NCBI GenBank assembly: GCA_000965745.1
Contig: CP009479.1
Span: forward strand, 352,001-416,000
Source: an uncultured archaeon
Lineage (GTDB): Archaea > Thermoplasmatota > Thermoplasmata > Thermoplasmatales > Thermoplasmataceae
DNA length: 64,000 nt
Reading direction: 5' to 3'
The notes beneath the pieces were generated by a model, which was given only the letters and a program-made list of their open reading frames with translations, was not told the DNA's origin and made no database searches. A program made the position numbers and the translations under genes. Each line of letters opens with the position of its first letter. The first letter of the stretch is position 1. This document shows positions 44,397-53,472 of the stretch, piece after piece.

Positions 44397-44668
44397 TGGC
44401 AGATATGAAGAAAAGAGGTTTAGACAGTCTAATATCACAGAACTCACACTCTGATTCCGAGGCAAATAGTCCAGAGGAGAGATTCACAAAGACGGTAGGC
44501 TTCAAAGTAACCGAGAAGCAGTACGAAACTTACAAAAGATACTCAAAGTACTTTGGTTCCAACGACCTCATAAAGAAATGGCGTTCAGACCTTGACAGAA
44601 TAGAACAGGAGAAAGGCAAGGACATGGAAAGCGTGGAAACTGAGATCAGAAAACGGTTAACGAAGTGA
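44396..44668 (+). CDS. Putative ParA partner / centromere-binding protein (RHH-like)
   Basis: N-terminal KKRGLDSLI resembles the ParB ParA-activating peptide; TKTVGFKVTEKQYE beta-strand/helix pattern. Confidence 0.6.
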   Translation: MADMKKRGLDSLISQNSHSDSEANSPEERFTKTVGFKVTEKQYETYKRYSKYFGSNDLIKKWRSDLDRIEQEKGKDMESVETEIRKRLTK

Positions 44669-44753
44669 TGGTTAACTGCTAACGTAAAGTTCTAAAACCT
44701 TAGACGGTTAACAAGGTAAGGCATTTTATGCCTCAGGCAATAGAGGGAGCAGA

Positions 44754-45179
44754 ATGGCATTCTCAAGTGGATTTACACGGTGGATTCCGTTAATAATAGT
44801 GGCGGTTGTTGACTTCTTGATCTTCATCTCAGTTTTCTATTTTGTACCCAGTACATCTCCATATTACACACCGCTTTACTACCTCGTTGACTTTTTGTCT
44901 TTCTTCGCTGTAATTATTGCTTGGCAATCCATCAGATCTGCTAGAAGAGTAGTTTACAAGACTAATCGCAGATTTATTTACAGCACAATAGAGGATGATT
45001 CCGACACAGACGAATACAAGCAGAAACTAAAGGAAGCTTCCGACCTCTACCTTCAGGGGGGAATAAACTCCGATGAGGAGTTCTTCACAGTATTAGGCGA
45101 GCATACACCAAAGGAAGAGCGTATTTTCCGCGCCCTAAAGGGGGCAAGACAAGAATTTGGAAAAATGGGCAGGAGATAA
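44754..45179 (+). CDS. Hypothetical membrane protein (2 N-terminal TM)
   Basis: Hydropathy pattern. Confidence 0.7.
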   Translation: MAFSSGFTRWIPLIIVAVVDFLIFISVFYFVPSTSPYYTPLYYLVDFLSFFAVIIAWQSIRSARRVVYKTNRRFIYSTIEDDSDTDEYKQKLKEASDLYLQGGINSDEEFFTVLGEHTPKEERIFRALKGARQEFGKMGRR

Positions 45180-45181
45180 TT

Positions 45182-45352
45182 ATGAAAGAGCACCAAGCAA
45201 GGACGCACCAGTGCGAGATCTGTAAACTCCATTATAACAGTAAGGGCGATGCTGAAAAGTGCCAGGAATGGTGCAGTCAGCACAACTCGTGCAACCTTGA
45301 GATAACATCAACGTCCATTGAGGCTGTGAAAAGCAGGCATGTGCCATCCTGA
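45182..45352 (+). CDS. Unannotated 56-aa Cys/His-rich zinc-finger protein
   Basis: Manual translation MKEHQARTHQCEICKLHYNSKGDAEKCQEWCSQHNSCNLEITSTSIEAVKSRHVPS*; starts 3 nt after the previous stop. Confidence 0.7.
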   Translation: MKEHQARTHQCEICKLHYNSKGDAEKCQEWCSQHNSCNLEITSTSIEAVKSRHVPS

Positions 45353-45358
45353 TTCTGC

Positions 45359-45436
45359 TGTCACTAAACTTGTAATTTTAGTAACGCCACTAAACACTGG
45401 ATTTTAATAACATATGTGTCCCTAAATTCTATGACT
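45359..45436. promoter_or_regulatory. Candidate res site (three inverted-repeat subsites) upstream of the resolvase
   Basis: TGTCACTAAA-8-TTTAGTAACG; CGCCACTAAA-8-TTTAATAACA; TGTCCCTAAA-0-TTCTATGACT. Confidence 0.6.
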
Positions 45437-45439
45437 TAA

Positions 45440-46045
45440 ATGACGCTCGTTTTCGCCTACGTTCGAGCCAGCACCCAAGAGGAGGTCAGGCAAGGCTCAA
45501 ATGAGAGGCAGAAGGACGTAATCAGGGAGTACGTGAAATCCAAGGCCTACGAACTGGAATTCTTTGAAGACAGGGCCAAATCTGGGAAGAACACCCAGAG
45601 GCCGGACTTCGAGAGGATGCTGAAATCCCTTGATAATAAGCCCAAGGTGGTCATTGTGGCAAAGATAGACAGGTTTGCCCGCTCCTTATCGGATCTGCTG
45701 AGAATGCTTGAATATCTGGACCAGAAGGGCATAGGATTCATCAGCGTCAACGACCCAGGCATTGATACCACCACACCCAATGGAAGGCTCCTGCTGCAAA
45801 TTCTGGGCGCATTCGCTGAATTTGAGAGGAACATGATAAATTCCAGGACCAAAGCAGGAAGGGAACAGGCGATGAATCGAGGAGTTAAATTCGGCAGACC
45901 AGCACTGAAAACAAGGAATGGCAGCTTCCTGGACAGGAGGAGAGTCATTGAATTGAAGGAGAAAGGCCTGTCTGCCAGAGCCATAGCAAAGTCCATGGAA
46001 TGCTCCGTTACACCAATACTGAGAATCCTAAAGGAGGTCTACTAA
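45440..46045 (+). CDS. Serine recombinase (resolvase/invertase) with C-terminal HTH
   Basis: YVRAST, SGK..RP, KIDRFARS, AEFER, GVKFGRP. Confidence 0.94.
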   Translation: MTLVFAYVRASTQEEVRQGSNERQKDVIREYVKSKAYELEFFEDRAKSGKNTQRPDFERMLKSLDNKPKVVIVAKIDRFARSLSDLLRMLEYLDQKGIGFISVNDPGIDTTTPNGRLLLQILGAFAEFERNMINSRTKAGREQAMNRGVKFGRPALKTRNGSFLDRRRVIELKEKGLSARAIAKSMECSVTPILRILKEVY

Positions 46046-46278
46046 TTCTCAGTGAAAGAGAGAGAGTCGCCGAACGCGTGAGCGCTCTTATTATATAATA
46101 TATACCTGATACAATGAACATTACATATTAAAAAAATGGAATTTTCCTTAATTTTTAAAGCTTGAAACGAACAAAGAACAATCCACTTGTTTTCTGACAC
46201 TCTCTCTCCAAAATCAATAACGACTGTTCTGCGACACTCAATGATTCGACTCGTTCGTTACTTTTAATAATCTTACCA

Positions 46279-47391
46279 GTGAAGCATGATTGTGCAGGTG
46301 ATCCAATGGCAATGAAAGATCCCTATGCATTCTTCGACACCAAGGTTAAGCAGAGGGCAAAGGAGACAAGCAACATAAAGAATGCCATCCTCTTTGACAT
46401 GGACTACAAGCCAAACCAGATTCTAATCAGAAAGGAGCTCGACAAGGTAACAGATGACTTAGCTGATTATGTGAACCTGCACCTGCCAAGGCACATAATC
46501 ATATACGGTTCCAAGGGGTCAGGTAAGACGCTCAGCGCCTTGATTATGGCCAGGGCCCTGAAAGAGAGCAAATCTGTGCCATATTACTACATAAACGTGA
46601 GGGAGAACCCGACATCCATCAAGGCATACCGCTACCTCACGAGAGTATCAAGCCGTGGGCACGACATAGAGGAGGTCGAGAGGAGATTCGACCAGATGCT
46701 TGAGGGAAAGTCTATCGTAATACTGGATGAAGTGGACTTCCTGCAGGACTTTGACATCCTATATCACGTCACGAGGCACACCAAGGCAAATCTTATACTG
46801 CTGACCCAGAAGGTCTACTGGTACAAGGACATGAATGATGAGAGCGTCAAGAGCTCGCTTCAGCCGGACCACATAGTATTCCACGAGTACAACGCCGAAG
46901 AAATGCGAGAGATCCTGAAGATGAGGGCCGAGGAGGGCCTTAATGGATTTGACAAGGATGCCTTGGGGCTTCTCTCTGCCATGCTGGTGAGGGAATACAG
47001 GAGCGATGCAAGAATTGGAATAAAGGCCCTGGAAATTCTCGGAAGGATAAACAAATGGACTGATGAAGCTGTAAGAGCAGCACTGAGACAGGCGTATGTT
47101 GAAGTGGAAGGGGAAACCCTGAGGAACCTTGGAGACAGGGATTTAATCATTCTCGCCTCATTGATCAAGAATCAGGACACAAACAAGGCCTACGCAGAGG
47201 TGACCAATGTCAACAACTTCCTGGTAAAGGGAATGAGCAAGTCTACATTCTTCCAGAGTGTCAACTACTTGCAGAATCTTGGTCTTGTCACACTGATCAA
47301 GAAAAAGATTGGTCGATACTACACAATGGAGTCGCAAATTTTATTATCCGATGCGTCGATTGTATCTGTCGAGCTGAAAAAAAGACTTTAG
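46279..47391 (+). CDS. cdc6: Cdc6/Orc1-like replication initiator
   Basis: YKPNQILIR, YGSKGSGKT, ILDEVD, FHEYNAEEMREILKMR, DAR, C-terminal wHTH. Confidence 0.85.
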   Translation: MKHDCAGDPMAMKDPYAFFDTKVKQRAKETSNIKNAILFDMDYKPNQILIRKELDKVTDDLADYVNLHLPRHIIIYGSKGSGKTLSALIMARALKESKSVPYYYINVRENPTSIKAYRYLTRVSSRGHDIEEVERRFDQMLEGKSIVILDEVDFLQDFDILYHVTRHTKANLILLTQKVYWYKDMNDESVKSSLQPDHIVFHEYNAEEMREILKMRAEEGLNGFDKDALGLLSAMLVREYRSDARIGIKALEILGRINKWTDEAVRAALRQAYVEVEGETLRNLGDRDLIILASLIKNQDTNKAYAEVTNVNNFLVKGMSKSTFFQSVNYLQNLGLVTLIKKKIGRYYTMESQILLSDASIVSVELKKRL

Positions 47392-47405
47392 TAACGTTCA
47401 ATAAC

Positions 47406-49499
47406 ATGGTGTTTTATATGGTTGATTCTTTGATGGAAAAAGGTGACCAAACTCAAAGAGGTGGCAATGGGCAAAGGAGATCATTAATCGAGGAGTTGCC
47501 AAGAATAGTCGACAGAGGAAAGAAGGAGGCACAGAAAATTCTTGATGGGCTTTCTAAGTCCCAGAGAGTAACTCTTCAGACAAACGAATTGGTGCTGCCT
47601 ACAAAGGCCATCGGAGGGCTGACCAAGTTTACGGGGCAGACTGTAAGGACGGAAGATAACAGTGAATTTCTTAATCGACTCATATACGGTGATAATCTGT
47701 TTGCCATGCAGGCACTTTTAGCAGGCGATCCTGAAACAGGACTTCCGTCAATGAGAGGCAGGATCGACCTGATTTATATTGATCCGCCCTTTGACAGCAA
47801 GGCGGATTATAGGACAAAAATACATCTTCCTTCCGTAGACATTGAGCAAAAACCATCGGTAATAGAACAATTCGCATACTCTGATACTTGGAAAGACGGG
47901 ACAAAGTCTTATCTGGAGATGATCGCCCCCAGATTGGTTCTAATGAAAGAACTACTGAGTGAAAAGGGTTCAATCTACGTGCATATAGATTGGCATGTTG
48001 GACATTATGTAAAAGTAATAATGGACGATATCTTCCAAAAGGAAAATTTCATAAATGAGGTTGTTTGGAAAAGAACAAGTGCTCATAGCGATTCTGGTAG
48101 ATATGGAATCAATAGTGACTACATATTATTCTATACAAAAACTTCTGAAAGGATCTGGAATCAGCAATACGAACCATATTCAGAAGAATACCTTGCGAGG
48201 TTCAGAAATGTTGACCCTGATGGGCGTAAATGGCAGGACGGACCGATAACGGCTAAAGGATTACAGGGAGGTGGTTATTCCTATGAATATAAAGGGGCCT
48301 ATGGCTACTGGAGGTGTCCTAAATCAACCATGGAAAGACTTGACAAGGAGAACCGGTTGTATTTCACCAAGAATGGTGGGATTAGGATAAAGAGGTATCT
48401 GGACGAAACTCCGGGAATACCTATGCAGACCATTTGGACGGACGTTTTTGCTGTCAATTCTCAAGCTCATGAAAGGGTAGATTATGTTACCCAAAAGCCG
48501 GAATCATTGCTGGACAGAATAGTAAAAACATCATCTGATGAGGGTTCTATTATCGCAGATTTCTTTGCAGGTTCTGGAACATTAGGAGCAGTGGCAGAGA
48601 AACTTCGAAGAAAATGGATTATGTGCGATTTAGGTAGACCTGCAAGTATGATCTCTCGAAAACGTCTTATCGACCAGGATTCCGGACCATTCCTCTACCA
48701 AACTATTGGAGACTACCAGAAAGAACAGTTTGAAAGATCGCAATTCAGACGTATAGGAGACCTTGCCCATGTTGTGATCAACCTATACGGTGCGCTTCCA
48801 TTTCCGATGCAAGAAGGTACCCCCACTAATCTTGGCTACATCAAACAGAGTAAGACTTTGGTGTTTGTTGACTCTCCCACAAAAATCACTGGTTATGCTA
48901 CTCTTAAAAGGGCCCAAGAGCTCAGAGCCTCCTTCATGGGAGGATGGAGCAGAATAGTTGTTCTGGGTTGGAACTTCGAAACGGATATTGGTAAAATCAT
49001 AGACGGCATAAACGATGATAAGCTCGAAGTACTGGTGATTCCCCCAGACTTGTTGGAGAAGTTAAAACACAAGGCTGACTACGAGAAACTCATAAAAGAA
49101 GGGAGCGTAAGATTCAGTTCTTTACAATACCTTGCTGTCAGACCAGTTATCAAAAAATTAGCAGATGACGACACGGAGGAGTTGACAATTGAACTTGAGA
49201 ATTATGTTCTTCTTTCCCCAGATGCATTACCACTTGACAAGGCAGACAAGGACAAACTCGAAAAGATCATAGAAGAGGATCCTTTGAGTCTCGTTGAATA
49301 CTGGAGCATTGACCCAGAATATGATGGAGAGATGTTCAGGAGCAAATGGCAGGATTACCGGGAAAACCATGAAGAGTCCGCTAAGGTGGACCGAAAGGTA
49401 AAACTCCTTGTCCCCAAGATTAATGGAAAAAGAAAGGTCTGCGTGAAAGCAGTTGATGTATTCGGATTCGAGAGCGTGACCGTTAAAGAGGTATTTTGA
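47406..49499 (+). CDS. mod: Type III R-M methyltransferase subunit (beta-class amino-MTase)
   Basis: IYIDPPF precedes DFFAGSGT; TQKPE motif; overlaps the res start. Confidence 0.9.
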   Translation: MVFYMVDSLMEKGDQTQRGGNGQRRSLIEELPRIVDRGKKEAQKILDGLSKSQRVTLQTNELVLPTKAIGGLTKFTGQTVRTEDNSEFLNRLIYGDNLFAMQALLAGDPETGLPSMRGRIDLIYIDPPFDSKADYRTKIHLPSVDIEQKPSVIEQFAYSDTWKDGTKSYLEMIAPRLVLMKELLSEKGSIYVHIDWHVGHYVKVIMDDIFQKENFINEVVWKRTSAHSDSGRYGINSDYILFYTKTSERIWNQQYEPYSEEYLARFRNVDPDGRKWQDGPITAKGLQGGGYSYEYKGAYGYWRCPKSTMERLDKENRLYFTKNGGIRIKRYLDETPGIPMQTIWTDVFAVNSQAHERVDYVTQKPESLLDRIVKTSSDEGSIIADFFAGSGTLGAVAEKLRRKWIMCDLGRPASMISRKRLIDQDSGPFLYQTIGDYQKEQFERSQFRRIGDLAHVVINLYGALPFPMQEGTPTNLGYIKQSKTLVFVDSPTKITGYATLKRAQELRASFMGGWSRIVVLGWNFETDIGKIIDGINDDKLEVLVIPPDLLEKLKHKADYEKLIKEGSVRFSSLQYLAVRPVIKKLADDDTEELTIELENYVLLSPDALPLDKADKDKLEKIIEEDPLSLVEYWSIDPEYDGEMFRSKWQDYRENHEESAKVDRKVKLLVPKINGKRKVCVKAVDVFGFESVTVKEVF

Positions 49500-52423
49500 T
49501 GGTAAATGTCAAGTCTCCCGGAACAAGAGATGTACCGCTAAAGCTTGCGAAGAGGATTACCGAACAAGCAAACGAGTTGTGGAAATCTGGAGAATTTCTT
49601 GAGAAAGTCGCGCCAATAACTCAGGAACTGCTTAAGTTCTGGGACCCTGATGGAATATTTGCTGATGAAAGAAGCATAAACTTTCATGATGGGCAGTGGC
49701 AATCGATACTGAATGTAATCTATGTGCACGAGGTCCTGAAACTATCCAGCGTTGGTGAGCTGTATGCTCAAATTTACTCAGAACTGCTGGCGCAAATGAA
49801 CATGGCAGATCTCAAACAGGATAAATACGAACATCCAAAATATTGTGTAAAGATGGCAACAGGAACCGGTAAGACTTGGGTTATGGATGCTTTACTCATA
49901 TGGCAATACCTTAACTCAAAATACGATGAAAATGGAAGTGAGAGGTTCTCAAAGAACTTCTTGTTAGTGGCTCCTGGTATCATAGTCTATGAAAGACTCC
50001 TGGACGCTTATCTGGGAAAGCGAAGAGAGGACGGTAATAGGGACTTTGATCAGTCCGATTTCTGGAGATTTCAGAAACTCTTCATTCCACCTGTCCACAA
50101 GGATGCAGTCTTTGGCTTTATCCAGAGTTGTGTTTCTCAAAAAGAGGAAATAGGACGAAAAGTCACCGGAGAAGGGCTAATAGGAATCACAAACTGGCAT
50201 CTTTTGGCAGAGGATGAGGAAGAAGATGAACTGGAGTCTGCACTAGATAGGCCAGATATAGCAGTAAATGAACTGCTCCCCATTACTCCTGGTACTTCCC
50301 AGGGCCATTCCTTGGAGGAACTTGACAATCAGTATATGAGAGGCCGGGAACTCGACTACTTATCAAGTCTTCAGGACCTTGTCGTATTCAATGACGAAGC
50401 TCACCATCTTGGCGAGATGAAGAGGGCGGATCAGGTTGTGGAGAAGAAATGGCAGGAAGCACTGGACAAAATTGCAGAGATCAAGAAGGATCGTTTCATG
50501 CAAGTGGATTTTTCAGCAACACCGTACATTGTCACTGGTAGTGGACAAAGCAGAGTCCAGAATCATTTCCCACACATAGTGTCCAACTTCGAACTCGTGG
50601 ATGCAATAAAAGAAGGACTGGTCAAAACTGTCGCTATTGACAAGAGGAAGGAGTTCGGTTCAATTCCTCTTGAGGACCTTGAGTACAAAGCAGAGCGAGA
50701 GGGCAAACAGGTTGCGAGTCTCTCCGATGGGCAAAAACTCATGCTAAGAGCAGGTATGCAGAAATTGAACATACTTGAGGAAGAATTTACAAAACTGGAC
50801 TCGACAAAGTATCCTAAAATGCTAGTCGTCTGTGAAGATACCAAAGTGGGCCCTCTGGTTATCACATTCCTTCTGCAGGAAGGCTACTCAGAGGACGATG
50901 TAATGGAAATCCACTCCACAAGGAAAGGCGATGTGAGCGAGGCAGAGTGGAAAGTGATTGAACAAAGACTCTTCGACATAGACCGTCATAAGAAGCCAAA
51001 GGTGATTGTTTCCGTTCTAATGCTCAGGGAAGGATTTGATGTTAACAATATATGTGTTATAGTGCCACTTAGGTCCGCCTCTTCTTACGTTCTATTGGAG
51101 CAGTTAATAGGGAGAGGTCTCAGATTAATGTGGCGTGGACCAGACTACGATGATATAAGAGCAGAAAATCGTGAGAAACTTCTAGTAAAGAAGGAAGAGC
51201 CAGATAGCTATATTGACATTCTAAGTGTAGTAGAGCACCCTAACTTCATCGAATATTATGAAAGAGTCCTTGCCGGAATGGTGGGCAAGGTCAGTGAAGA
51301 ACCAACAAAGAATAGAGTCGTTGGCGACCTTATCAAGGTAGGTCTCAAACCTAACTACAGAGACTATGACTTGTTCTGGATCATCATATTGCAGGACAAA
51401 GAGGAAGAACTCGCGGTGCCTGACCTATCCATAAATAAACTTGAGCCATTCCAGATGAGACTTGAGGATTTGCGTTCACTGGTCGGGCGAAAAGGTGATA
51501 CGTTTTACAGCGAGGAATTGACAGTAAAGACAACTTTTGGCGAATATACTGTTACAGCAGACATTTTCACTGCAAAAAGCTACAATTCATTTATCCAGAA
51601 AGTGGTGAACGCAGTGTCAGTTATCCATGTCAATGCAAGAGGCAGGAAATCAAGGGATTTTCCAGTCATGCAGGTTAATTCTGCCCTTATTGCAAAGCTC
51701 ACGGATGAATACATCAGACACAAACTATTCGGGCAGGAGTTTGATCCATTAGTGGATAATAACTGGCGCGTACTTCTTGTGGCACAGCAGAACTTGATCA
51801 AGCACATTGTAAGTAACATTGCACAGGCTGTTTATGATTCCATGAAGAATCTCAAAGTAAACGAGGCCAAGATCGTGAAAAAGTACTTCTCCGAGGTGCC
51901 TGAAATTCGAATAAGGGAAACATATGCCTTGAGAGCTGCAAAGAACATTTACGAGAAGATAGCCTATCCTTCACATGCTGGTGGGTTTGAAAAGGACTTT
52001 ATCGAATTCATAGATTCTGATTCCAAAGTCAAGGCATTTGTGAAGATAAACGAATACTACAACGACTTTGCAAATATCATTTATGTCAGGGACGACGGTC
52101 TTCTTGCTCACTACTACCCGGACTTCATGATAAGGGCTTGTGATCACATCTATCTTGTAGAAACCAAATCTGAAAGAGACATGAGCAACCAGAATGTCAA
52201 AAACAAGAGGATCGCAGCCATTGACTGGGTGGATAAAATAAATGAGCTCCCTCCAGAGGAAAGAATGAATTGTGATTGGAGCTACGTGCTCCTTAGCCAG
52301 AACACTTTCGAAATGATGAAAAAGCAGGGCGCGAATACCTGTGAGATACTGGAATACACCAAACTCACCAAGGCAAAGGTGAGAGGTACACTAGGAGACT
52401 ACATGGGATTCAAGGACTATTGA
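49496..52423 (+). CDS. res: Type III R-M restriction subunit (SF2 helicase + nuclease)
   Basis: MATGTGKT, DEAH, FSATP, LREGFD, QLIGRGLR; C-terminal YYPDF...VETK. Confidence 0.9.
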   Translation: MMVNVKSPGTRDVPLKLAKRITEQANELWKSGEFLEKVAPITQELLKFWDPDGIFADERSINFHDGQWQSILNVIYVHEVLKLSSVGELYAQIYSELLAQMNMADLKQDKYEHPKYCVKMATGTGKTWVMDALLIWQYLNSKYDENGSERFSKNFLLVAPGIIVYERLLDAYLGKRREDGNRDFDQSDFWRFQKLFIPPVHKDAVFGFIQSCVSQKEEIGRKVTGEGLIGITNWHLLAEDEEEDELESALDRPDIAVNELLPITPGTSQGHSLEELDNQYMRGRELDYLSSLQDLVVFNDEAHHLGEMKRADQVVEKKWQEALDKIAEIKKDRFMQVDFSATPYIVTGSGQSRVQNHFPHIVSNFELVDAIKEGLVKTVAIDKRKEFGSIPLEDLEYKAEREGKQVASLSDGQKLMLRAGMQKLNILEEEFTKLDSTKYPKMLVVCEDTKVGPLVITFLLQEGYSEDDVMEIHSTRKGDVSEAEWKVIEQRLFDIDRHKKPKVIVSVLMLREGFDVNNICVIVPLRSASSYVLLEQLIGRGLRLMWRGPDYDDIRAENREKLLVKKEEPDSYIDILSVVEHPNFIEYYERVLAGMVGKVSEEPTKNRVVGDLIKVGLKPNYRDYDLFWIIILQDKEEELAVPDLSINKLEPFQMRLEDLRSLVGRKGDTFYSEELTVKTTFGEYTVTADIFTAKSYNSFIQKVVNAVSVIHVNARGRKSRDFPVMQVNSALIAKLTDEYIRHKLFGQEFDPLVDNNWRVLLVAQQNLIKHIVSNIAQAVYDSMKNLKVNEAKIVKKYFSEVPEIRIRETYALRAAKNIYEKIAYPSHAGGFEKDFIEFIDSDSKVKAFVKINEYYNDFANIIYVRDDGLLAHYYPDFMIRACDHIYLVETKSERDMSNQNVKNKRIAAIDWVDKINELPPEERMNCDWSYVLLSQNTFEMMKKQGANTCEILEYTKLTKAKVRGTLGDYMGFKDY

Positions 52424-52448
52424 CTCTTCTTACACTGACAACTTGTAC

Positions 52449-52613
52449 CTAAGCAGTACTCTTTGGAATGGTGTAGGAATTCTTCTCACCCACATAGGTA
52501 TTGAAATTATTACCACACTCTGAGCATTTGTATCTTGAAACCTCATATACATTAAACGCCCATTGTTTGAGAGGAGGATTCTTATTTTCCATGTTACAGA
52601 CAGGGCACTTCAT
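52449..52613 (-). CDS. Unannotated 54-aa zinc-ribbon protein
   Basis: Manual translation MKCPVCNMENKNPPLKQWAFNVYEVSRYKCSECGNNFNTYVGEKNSYTIPKSTA*. Confidence 0.7.
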   Translation of the reverse strand: MKCPVCNMENKNPPLKQWAFNVYEVSRYKCSECGNNFNTYVGEKNSYTIPKSTA

Positions 52614-52639
52614 AACGAAATAGTAGAACTAACGCCGAC

Positions 52640-52822
52640 TTAAATTTGTTCCTGTAAAAACTCCCTTGCACTTCTGACCCCTTTCTTTATATCATCTTCA
52701 CTTTTTCTTAATTGCTCCATCACACAATGGCTTTGAAGAGTTTCAATGGTAGCAAGAAGGCTATCCAGGTAGGATTTTGGTATGCTTATCAACCTGTCGT
52801 TGTGTTTTGCCATCAAGAACAA
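52640..52822 (-). CDS. Orphan antitoxin-like protein (Phd/YefM/RelB C-terminal-like)
   Basis: YLDSLLATIETL...MEQLRKSEDDIKKG pattern. Confidence 0.55.
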   Translation of the reverse strand: MFLMAKHNDRLISIPKSYLDSLLATIETLQSHCVMEQLRKSEDDIKKGVRSAREFLQEQI

Positions 52823-53472
52823 TAATACATATTCAGCTTTTAGTATCTATTGGTAAGACTCCGGCTCAAATTCACCCCTAACCCCTCTTTGAGCCTCCGC
52901 CGATTACTATGTGCCCTTCGCTCGCCTGCACGCCGAGCACAGGACCCCATGCTTCGACTCCAATCAAAATTCACCCCTAGCCCCTCTTTTGATTTACGTC
53001 TCGCACTCTTCTTCGAAGAGCCCCTCATTCGCCTTGCTCATTCAGGGTGGTGTCCTGTGCTCGCCGCTCGTGGTGTATGTGTGGTGTTAAACACCTTCGC
53101 TTCGCTTGGTGTTCCACACCACCCACCGCTAACGCTTACACCACTCGGTCTTGCTACGCAAGACTTCCGGCTCGCTTCGGGCACATTATTCTCTCCTGCG
53201 GAGTGCAATTTTAGGGGAACAGGGGGAGGGGAATTTTTGACCGCACAATCTCGCTGCGCTCGGTGCGGGATAATATTAGGGGTTCTCGGTCCGTGCTCAC
53301 TTCAACGATTCACAGATGGATAATACAAAGCACTGCGACCAACCCTTTTGGGAAAAGGTAGACGAAAACAAAAATTATTAGAAAATAATGTAATAACCAC
53401 GTGACGAGGTTTGTATAACAAACCTGACAAACAGGTTTTATACAAGAAACCAATTAAGAGGTAGGTGAAACA

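Noticed and set aside
52850-53323. 157-aa ORF (and antisense 62-aa ORF)
   Set aside because: Atypical Arg/Leu/Pro-rich composition arising from repeats and hairpins; treated as non-coding.
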